DNA of 64,000 nucleotides from Ignavibacteriota bacterium (GTDB taxonomy: Bacteria; Bacteroidota; Ignavibacteria; Palsa-1295). Positions 28,264-35,180 of this stretch are shown here, one piece after another. Position 1 is the first letter of the stretch, and each line of letters opens with the position of its first letter. The stretch lies in NCBI GenBank assembly GCA_003151825.1, contig PLYO01000010.1:693-64692 (forward strand). The letters run 5' to 3'. The position numbers and the translations under genes are program-made. The notes under the pieces were generated by a model that ran no database searches, had not been told where the DNA came from, and was given only the letters and a program-made list of their open reading frames with translations.

Positions 28264-28791
28264 TTACTTCACGCCATGATCGATGACGAACTTATAAAGA
28301 TATTCACCAGTTTTCGCTTCCACTCGAACGAAATACGTTCCTGAAGCAAGTCCGCTTGATGTGATATGAATGCCATCGGCATCGCTCTCCATTGAATGCG
28401 TGAGGTCTGCGACAACCTGACCGGCCTCGTTAAGAAGGTCGATATGGCTTATTGCGCCCTCGTTAGCTGACGGAACGATGGTGAATTCGCCAGTTGATGG
28501 GTTGGGGAAAATTTGATACTCAATTACTATCGGAGTAGTTGTTACTACATTCATTGGATAAAACACCGATGATGTATCGAAATACATTCCTAGCCTCGCA
28601 GTATCGCCCGATGCATCCGAAGTGAGAGCTACAAACGGCAGCCCGATCGTAACGCTGCCTGCAAAATTAGCACTTGAATCCAGCCCGCCACCAAAAGATA
28701 TTGCCGAGGCCTGAATCGAATTGCTTTGCGCGGATGCTTCTCCCGAAATAACAATGGAAAGCAACGCTGTAAAAAATATTGTGTGTTTCAT
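28264..28791 (-). CDS. Small secreted protein with T9SS C-terminal sorting domain
   Basis: 175 aa. Signal peptide MKHTIFFTALLSIVISGEASAQ. CTD IFPNPSTGEFTIVP...LASGTYFVRVEAKTGEYLYKFVI. Confidence 0.8.
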   Translation of the reverse strand: MKHTIFFTALLSIVISGEASAQSNSIQASAISFGGGLDSSANFAGSVTIGLPFVALTSDASGDTARLGMYFDTSSVFYPMNVVTTTPIVIEYQIFPNPSTGEFTIVPSANEGAISHIDLLNEAGQVVADLTHSMESDADGIHITSSGLASGTYFVRVEAKTGEYLYKFVIDHGVK

Positions 28792-28801
28792 TGTGCTCTC
28801 C

Positions 28802-29725
28802 TTATTTTACTTTGATGAGCCAATAGACATAGGCGTTTTTGGGACGGGTTTCTAAACCACCCCACGTATGCGAACTACGGTCTGCCTTTTGCCCACTATC
28901 ATCGACTGTCGGCGCTGTGTTTGTATTTGATTGACCCGACGATGCAAAGTAAGTAAAAAAAGGAAACGCCTTAACAGTATCCATTTGGACACTACCAACG
29001 TTATCGCCGCTTGCCCCTCCGTGAGGCGGTGAAAAACGTGCACTGGCATCAGGGTCAGCGAGGGAATCAGATCGCGAGCCATTTACTCCCCGCAAAAAGA
29101 GGCCCCTGAAATCTGGCAGATACACGGAATCGCCGCCAGCACTTGTTCCATAAATCGACCCAACAGCTTGTGCGTATCCCGGAAAATCGGTTGTGCCAAC
29201 GCTACTCCCATCACAGACAAACCATCCGCTGGCTTTTTCTGCGGGGAGGCCGAGAGCCTGACCCGCGTAGGCCACAATAGTTCCAATCGGTGCATCATGG
29301 ACGAGACCGAGCGCAACCGTCGCGGTGTCGGCATGTATTGCATTGATCGCGAACGGTGAGCCAGTCATTTGTACGCGGCCCATATCTTCGCCAGCGACCT
29401 GAGCATCGAGCCAGAATTGGCCGTGAAAATCCACAGGTCCGTTTTGCCAATTCGAATCGAAATTCATCAGCACTGTGTAATATCCTTTTGATACTTGAAC
29501 CCCGCTGTATGTGGTTTCCCAAACTTGAGCACCAGCTGTTTGCGCGTTATAAAGCGTTAAAACGATGTCAACTGTCCCATTCTTTGGAACCCCTTGATGC
29601 GTGATGAATCCCTGATAGGATACGATAGTTGGAATCGATTGCGCTCTTATGCCGCCCGTTCCGATGATAAGCAACATTGCGCTTAAAAGTATCTTACTCC
29701 CTAATAAAATAGTCTTGAGTTTCAT
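28802..29725 (-). CDS. Secreted phage-tail-collar-domain protein (MdpB-like)
   Basis: 307 aa. Signal peptide. N-terminal IVSYQGFITHQGVPKNGTVDIVLTLYNAQTAG..VWET motif. Collar domain GTIVAYAG...GWFVCDGSSV...YLPDFRGLFLRG...ETRPKNAYVYWLIKV. Confidence 0.85.
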   Translation of the reverse strand: MKLKTILLGSKILLSAMLLIIGTGGIRAQSIPTIVSYQGFITHQGVPKNGTVDIVLTLYNAQTAGAQVWETTYSGVQVSKGYYTVLMNFDSNWQNGPVDFHGQFWLDAQVAGEDMGRVQMTGSPFAINAIHADTATVALGLVHDAPIGTIVAYAGQALGLPAEKASGWFVCDGSSVGTTDFPGYAQAVGSIYGTSAGGDSVYLPDFRGLFLRGVNGSRSDSLADPDASARFSPPHGGASGDNVGSVQMDTVKAFPFFTYFASSGQSNTNTAPTVDDSGQKADRSSHTWGGLETRPKNAYVYWLIKVK

Positions 29726-29772
29726 GATGATGGTTAATTAGTGTTAGTTGTCTTTTCTGGCTAAAAACCAGT

Positions 29773-29794
29773 AATCTCGCTTATGTACGAGATT
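29773..29794. promoter_or_regulatory. Candidate operator (7-bp inverted repeat AATCTCG-N8-CGAGATT) in the divergent XRE / tail-collar intergenic region
   Basis: Seen directly in the sequence. The same 122-bp spacer also holds the direct repeat GTTAGTTG at 29743-29750 and 29833-29840. Function is inferred only from position next to an XRE regulator gene. Confidence 0.3.
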
Positions 29795-29847
29795 TCTCGT
29801 CAATAGCCTCTTGATAAGTAAAGCAAAAAGTGGTTAGTTGCGTTCCA

Positions 29848-30090
29848 ATGAAATTAGAAGCAATTATTGGAAGCAATGTCAGAGGTTTTCGGAAGCACTT
29901 TGGCCTAACACAAGAGAAATTAGCCGAAAAAGCTGACCTTCACCCAACGTTCGTCGGAGACATCGAACGTTCGAATGCAAATATCACAATTGATACCCTG
30001 AAAAAGCTTGCTAAGGCTCTACGTATAGAGCCGCAAATCCTCCTAATTAAAGGCTCTTTTCTTGATGTCGAAGAACATTTAAGAAAATAA
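29848..30090 (+). CDS. XRE-family helix-turn-helix transcriptional regulator
   Basis: 80 aa from ATG 29848. FGLTQEKLAEKADLHPTFVGDIERSNANITIDTLKKLAKAL. Confidence 0.88.
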   Translation: MKLEAIIGSNVRGFRKHFGLTQEKLAEKADLHPTFVGDIERSNANITIDTLKKLAKALRIEPQILLIKGSFLDVEEHLRK

Positions 30091-30091
30091 C

Positions 30092-30265
30092 GTGGTGAAT
30101 ATCCTCGGCGCGCAAGTGGCACAGCTATTTTCGGGCGAGCTTTCGGCCGGGGAGCACAGCTTCACCTGGGATGCAGGCAAGGATGCCTGCACCACGGGGA
30201 TGTATGAGTGCATCGTGCGAATGAATGGGCAGGTGCAGCGGGTTGGGATGATGCTGTCTAATTAA
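30092..30265 (+). pseudogene. Orphan T9SS C-terminal sorting domain; the cargo part of the gene is missing
   Basis: My own translation: VVNILGAQVAQLFSGELSAGEHSFTWDAGKDACTTGMYECIVRMNGQVQRVGMMLSN-stop. It starts 1 nt after the XRE stop. Below the track's 60-aa cut-off. Confidence 0.65.
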
Positions 30266-30280
30266 GTCTTTTCCAAGCAC

Positions 30281-30398
30281 GTCATTGCGAGGAGCGACGT
30301 AGGAGCGACGAAGCAATCCCTTGAGATTGTGCTTGCTCTCACGAGATTGCTTCGTCGAATCGAACTCCCTCCGGTCGTTCGATTCTCCTCGCAATGAC
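30281..30398. repeat. Nested-palindrome element, family A (GTCATTGCGAGGAG ... CTCCTCGCAATGAC)
   Basis: Outer arms gtcattgcgaggag / ctcctcgcaatgac. Inner arms cgacgaagcaatc / gattgcttcgtcg. Same design as 17186-17294 and 31459-31632. Confidence 0.9.
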
Positions 30399-30575
30399 AG
30401 CGATATAAATTTTGCCATCAAATGTTTTTTGCGATTGAGTGTTAGCAATACGCTAAATTAAAATAATCGCCACATCAATCCCTCGAAACACATACAGCAC
30501 ACTCCGGAGCGGCGCGCCACAGGCCTGATCTCGCTCTTCTCCATCCCCATCATTTGGGGAACGACGTTCGCCGTC

Positions 30576-31430
30576 GTGCAGCGGGCGCTCACGGATTCGT
30601 CGCCGACGGCGTTTGTCGTGGTGCGGTTTTCATTGGTGAGCGTTGTGTTTCTCATCATCTCACGCTCTGCTCGGCAAGGAGCGAAATTGCTCTTCGTTGC
30701 AAAAACTCGTGAAGAAAAAGCGTTTCGGAATAATGTGCTCGTGCTCGGACTTGCCATCGGTGCGGGGTATATTTTTCAGACGATCGGGCTGCTCACGACG
30801 ACGACTTCGAAATCGGCTTTTCTCACATCCACTGCCGTTATATGGACTCCGTTTATTTCCATGTTTACCGGACGCGAAAAGCTGACGCTTAAACTTTGCA
30901 TCGCCGTGCTTTGCACGCTCGTCGGGATTTTTCTTATGACGCATCCTTTTCAACATGAGGGTCTCGCCATCGGCGATATTTTTACGCTTTGCTGCGCGGC
31001 CGTCTTTGGTGTCTATATTGTGTGGGTGGATAAGGCGCTTCACTCCGCGATCGAAATAACTCACGATGAGCATTCTGCAACGATGATGGTCACCTCGACA
31101 CAGCTTGTCGCGGCTTCGATCATCCTGCTCGCGTTCATGCCGGTAATGGGTACGCAGAGGTTGATATTAACGCCGTATTGCATTGCTGCGCTTGCATTTA
31201 CGGCCCTTATTGCAACGGGCGCGACGGCTTATTTGCAGGCGCGCTACCAAAATGTTGTGACGCCGGCCACGGCTGCGGTGATTTATATGTTAGAGCCGGT
31301 CGTGGCGATGCTCATTGCTGAATTTTTCCTCACTGAACAAATCAGTTTTGTCGAGGTGTTAGGAGCGGGGCTTATTATTGTCGGCGTCATCATTGCCCAG
31401 GTCAGGACAAGCATGAGGTATGAAATATAA
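30576..31430 (+). CDS. EamA/DMT-superfamily transporter
   Basis: 284 aa from GTG 30576, with ~10 predicted TM segments in two EamA halves. The frame is open from 30462 and encodes what looks like TM1 (RRATGLISLFSIPIIWGTTFAVV) before any canonical start. Confidence 0.8.
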   Translation: MQRALTDSSPTAFVVVRFSLVSVVFLIISRSARQGAKLLFVAKTREEKAFRNNVLVLGLAIGAGYIFQTIGLLTTTTSKSAFLTSTAVIWTPFISMFTGREKLTLKLCIAVLCTLVGIFLMTHPFQHEGLAIGDIFTLCCAAVFGVYIVWVDKALHSAIEITHDEHSATMMVTSTQLVAASIILLAFMPVMGTQRLILTPYCIAALAFTALIATGATAYLQARYQNVVTPATAAVIYMLEPVVAMLIAEFFLTEQISFVEVLGAGLIIVGVIIAQVRTSMRYEI

Positions 31431-31458
31431 TGGAGGTCATTAGAAAATCAAAATTCAC

Positions 31459-31632
31459 GTCATTGCGAGGAGAATCGAACGACGCGCATGATCGGTCATG
31501 CGAAAGGGAGTTCGATTCGGTCCCGAGGAATCGAGGGAAGCAATCCGTTGAATTCAACGGATTGCTTCGTCGGACTTCTCCCGCGCATGATCGGTCATGC
31601 GCGCTTCGCTCCGAAGTCCTCCTCGCAATGAC
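31459..31632. repeat. Nested-palindrome element, family A, long variant
   Basis: Outer arms gtcattgcgaggag / ctcctcgcaatgac. Inner palindrome ggaagcaatccgttgaattcaacggattgcttc. Internal direct repeat cgcgcatgatcggtcatgcg appears twice. The right arm contains ATG 31628. Confidence 0.9.
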
Positions 31633-34600
31633 AAACATAAAATGGAGTCGCCTCGCCATTTTATTTTTTATTTCATCCTTCATCCTTCATCCTTCATCCT
31701 TGTCCGCGCAGGTCGGCGCGAGCTTTGGCAAGAATAAAGTCGAATACAAAAATTTCGATTGGCAATTTATTCAGTCGCCGCATTTCGATGTTTATTTTTA
31801 TCATGGCGGGCGCGAGTTAGCGGAGTTCGTGGCCGATCACGCAGAGCGCGCGCTGGACTCGATCGAGCGCGTCATGCAATATGACATCACGGATCGCGTG
31901 GCGATTTTAGTCTATGATTCCCACAACGATTTTCAGCAGACCAATGCTGTCGGCGAATTTTTGCCCGAAGGCGTTGGCGGCGTGACGGAACTCTTAAAAA
32001 ACCGCGTCATCATTCCGTTCGAAGGCGATTTCGAACTCTTCCGCCATGTTATTCATCATGAATTGACGCATGCGGTTGTGAACGATATGTTCATCGGCGG
32101 GACGTATCAATCGCTACTCACGGGCGGTGGGATGGAAATCCCGACGTGGATGAACGAGGGTCTTGCGGAATTCAATTCGCTGCATGGCCTCGATCTCGAA
32201 ACCGACATGTTCATGCGCGACGCGACGCTGAGCAATTCCGTGCCTCCGCTCGAACGGCTTGGCGGATACATTCAATATCGCGTCGGCCAAACGATGTATT
32301 GGTATATCTCGCAGCGGTACGGCCCGGACAAAGTCGGGGAATTATTGCAGCGCATTCACGCAAGCCGGAGCGTGGAGGGCGGGTTTCGATCCACGTTCGG
32401 GCTTTCCGTCAGCGAATTTAGCGATAAATTTTTGGAGGCGCTCAAAGTTCTTTATTTTCCTGACATCGCGCGATTCCAGAACCCGAACGATTACGCGGAT
32501 GTGCTGGCCGATCACAAAAAGCTCGGCGATTATATGAACGTCTCGCCCGAAGTCTCTCCGCAGGGCGATCTCGTGGCCTTCATCAGCGACCGCAGCGATT
32601 ATTATGACGTGTATGTCCAAAGCCTGGATCATCCCGGGAAAATCAGGAAAATTCTGGGTGGCGGCGGGGCCAGCGCAAATTTCGAAGAGCTGCATTTGCT
32701 CGCGCCGGGATTAAGCTGGTCGCCGGACGGCAAGCAGATGGCGCTCGCCTCGAAGGCCGGCGAAACGGACGCAATTTTTATTCTCGATGTCAGTGGCAAT
32801 GAACCGCAACGGAAGCTTCCTAATATCGATGTCGATGGTATTGGGGGTCTCAAGTGGTCGCCCGATGGGAAATATATCGCGTTCGTAGCCGTCAAAAACG
32901 GCCAGTCGGATATTTATCTCTATGACCTCGAAACGAAGCAGACTCGAAATCTCACGAACGATGTTTTCTCCGATCACGAGCCTTCCTGGACTTCGGATTC
33001 GAAGTCGATTTATTTTACGAGCGAGCGCGAAGATCATTTGATTCCCGGCCAGTATCCGAATACGTATCCGAGTCCCGTAAATTACGAAAGCCCGAATCGC
33101 GATGTATATCGCTACGATCTGGCAACGAGCACGATTACGCGCATCACGGCAACTCCGAACGCGAATGAATTTTATCCCGTGCTGACCGAGGATAACAAAC
33201 TGTATTACATCAGCGACGCGAGCGGAATTAATAATATCTATGAAGCCAACGCCGATGGCTCGAACGCGCACCCGATCACGAATTCCGTTTCGAAAATCGA
33301 TCAGATTTCCGTTTCGAACGATGGCACGAAGCTCTGCTTCTCGACCATGCACAAGGGCGGCTACGATCTATTTCTCCTTCGCAATCCGGAATCGGATCAC
33401 ATCGATTCCCTTCCGCTGACCGAGTATCGTAAGAACGAGGGCGGGCGGCTCGTCGCGCGTATCGATTCTGCAAAGAAGGCAAGCACGACGGATACGGCCA
33501 AAGGCTATGGCAACGTCGGCGTCGATCTGCACAATTATGTATATAGCGATAATCCAACGGAGAACCGTAGCACGATGATCCCGAGCGAGCACAAACTGTC
33601 GGCGGAAGTCGTGACCAATTACAAAGACTCTTCCGGGCAATACATCGTCCATAATTACCGTACCGTCTTCACCCCGGATATTATCATTGGAAACGCAGGC
33701 TTTTCGGGGTTTTACGGTTTACAGGGAACGACGCAAATGCTCTTTTCGGACGAGATGGGAAATCAGCAGATATTCTTTGCCACGAACCTGATCATCGATC
33801 TGAAAAATTCTGATTATCTATTGGCTTATTACAATCTTGCCGACCGCACAAGCTGGGGCCTCCAGGGCTATCACAGCGCGGCGTTCGTGGGGGAAGTGTC
33901 CGATCCAAGCGCGCCCAGGGAGGCCAATCCGATCGCGCGTTTCACTTCCACGGGACTTGCGGGAGTCGCGGCCTATCCTATTTCACGATTTTCGCGCTTC
34001 GACCTTTCGGTAACCGGCGCGGTATTCCAAAAAGATCTTCTCGTCAGCGAGAACGTCCCTACGAAGACCGCGTATGCCATCTTTCCACAGATTTCCTACG
34101 TCCACGACGACGCGCTGATGAGCTATTTTTATCCTATCGACGGGAACCGAGTCAACCTCAGCGTTTCCGCCGCGCCGATGATCTCCAACAATTGGCTTGG
34201 CTTTGTTACGCCGCAGTTCGACCTCCGGCATTATATCAAGATCACCGGGCTTCTTTCGCTCGCCGCGCGCGTCACAGGCGCTGCGAGTTTCGGTCCGACG
34301 CCACAAAATTTCTTTATCGGCGGCGTCGATAGCTGGATCAACCCATTTTATCAGACGCAGGGCATTCCGATCACCAGCCCGCAGGATTTTGCTTTTTTCA
34401 CTCCGGGCTTACCGCTGCGCGGCTTCCCTTACGATGCAAAAATCGGCACGCATTACGCTATCGGCAATCTCGAATTGCGCTATCCGTTCCCCATTTCCGT
34501 CGGAGGGTTTCCGCTCGCATTTTTCGGCGAGACCTTCGTCGATGCCGGAACGGCGTGGAATCATACCGTCTATCTGTTCCAGCGCGATGTGACAACCAAC

Positions 34601-34753
34601 CATTGGGAGACTCGCGATCTTTTACTATCGACCGGAACCGGCATCCGTACGTATCTTTTCGGCTTCTATATCCACTTCGATCTTGCCTGGACGACAACGA
34701 TCGAAACGTGGGGGAATCCGGTTTATATTATTTCGCTCGGAGAGGATTTTTAA
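31628..34753 (+). CDS. Outer-membrane fusion protein: Peptidase_MA-like domain + PD40/TolB-like beta-propeller repeats + Omp85/surface-antigen-like C-terminal barrel
   Basis: Signal peptide MTNIKWSRLAILFFISSFILHPSSLSAQ. HHELTHAVVNDMF...WMNEGLAEF. PD40-type repeats (SWSPDGKQMALAS, KWSPDGKYIAFVAV, ...). C-terminus GLPLRGFPYDAKIGTHYAIGNLELRYPF...FVDAGTAW...TGTGIRTYLFGFYIHFDLAW. The track's 31430 start reads through repeat family A and is rejected. Confidence 0.85.
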   Translation: MTNIKWSRLAILFFISSFILHPSSLSAQVGASFGKNKVEYKNFDWQFIQSPHFDVYFYHGGRELAEFVADHAERALDSIERVMQYDITDRVAILVYDSHNDFQQTNAVGEFLPEGVGGVTELLKNRVIIPFEGDFELFRHVIHHELTHAVVNDMFIGGTYQSLLTGGGMEIPTWMNEGLAEFNSLHGLDLETDMFMRDATLSNSVPPLERLGGYIQYRVGQTMYWYISQRYGPDKVGELLQRIHASRSVEGGFRSTFGLSVSEFSDKFLEALKVLYFPDIARFQNPNDYADVLADHKKLGDYMNVSPEVSPQGDLVAFISDRSDYYDVYVQSLDHPGKIRKILGGGGASANFEELHLLAPGLSWSPDGKQMALASKAGETDAIFILDVSGNEPQRKLPNIDVDGIGGLKWSPDGKYIAFVAVKNGQSDIYLYDLETKQTRNLTNDVFSDHEPSWTSDSKSIYFTSEREDHLIPGQYPNTYPSPVNYESPNRDVYRYDLATSTITRITATPNANEFYPVLTEDNKLYYISDASGINNIYEANADGSNAHPITNSVSKIDQISVSNDGTKLCFSTMHKGGYDLFLLRNPESDHIDSLPLTEYRKNEGGRLVARIDSAKKASTTDTAKGYGNVGVDLHNYVYSDNPTENRSTMIPSEHKLSAEVVTNYKDSSGQYIVHNYRTVFTPDIIIGNAGFSGFYGLQGTTQMLFSDEMGNQQIFFATNLIIDLKNSDYLLAYYNLADRTSWGLQGYHSAAFVGEVSDPSAPREANPIARFTSTGLAGVAAYPISRFSRFDLSVTGAVFQKDLLVSENVPTKTAYAIFPQISYVHDDALMSYFYPIDGNRVNLSVSAAPMISNNWLGFVTPQFDLRHYIKITGLLSLAARVTGAASFGPTPQNFFIGGVDSWINPFYQTQGIPITSPQDFAFFTPGLPLRGFPYDAKIGTHYAIGNLELRYPFPISVGGFPLAFFGETFVDAGTAWNHTVYLFQRDVTTNHWETRDLLLSTGTGIRTYLFGFYIHFDLAWTTTIETWGNPVYIISLGEDF
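31672..31699 (+). repeat. Tandem heptamer (TTCATCC)x4 inside the signal-peptide coding region
   Basis: Four perfect 7-bp units at 31672-31699, encoding ...SSFILHPSS... Confidence 0.9.
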
Positions 34754-34770
34754 GCGCGCGCAACCTTGGC

Positions 34771-35076
34771 TCACTCCATTTTTCGCAGGGTCATGACGGC
34801 CTGCCGGGACTGCGCAAAATCGGTCGCGATGCGGCGGATTTGCTCGCGCGTTTCTTCATCGAGATCGTCTTCGAGCGAATCGTAATCATCGGTCGAATCG
34901 CATTCATACACTTCTACAAACGTCGAAGGCTCGTCTTCTTCCTGATACACGGAGAAGCGGACCGACTGCTGGGCCGAATTGATGCGCTCGACGAGCGAGC
35001 GGAGAATATCTTCGAGTTCGTACCGTTTAGCGTCGGCAACGCGATAGGTAATTGTAACGAGGGTGCTGGATGCCAT
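34771..35076 (-). CDS. Small acidic hypothetical protein (possibly ferredoxin-like/ABM fold)
   Basis: 101 aa, MASSTLVTITYRVADAKRYELEDILRSLVERINSAQQSVRFSVYQEEDEPSTFVEVYECDSTDDYDSLEDD... The fold assignment is tentative. Confidence 0.55.
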   Translation of the reverse strand: MASSTLVTITYRVADAKRYELEDILRSLVERINSAQQSVRFSVYQEEDEPSTFVEVYECDSTDDYDSLEDDLDEETREQIRRIATDFAQSRQAVMTLRKME

Positions 35077-35180
35077 GATGTGTCTCTTCGAAAGTCAAAA
35101 ATCTTAAATGTGGTACAAAGTTACGAAAAAAATGGGTCGTGCGCGCTCAATCCGGGAAATTTTAGCGTATTTTCGCAACC

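Noticed and set aside
31430-31627. N-terminal 66 codons of the 1107-aa track ORF
   Set aside because: This stretch is the translation of the family A palindrome (SLRGESNDAHDRS...), and a proper signal peptide begins at Met 31628.
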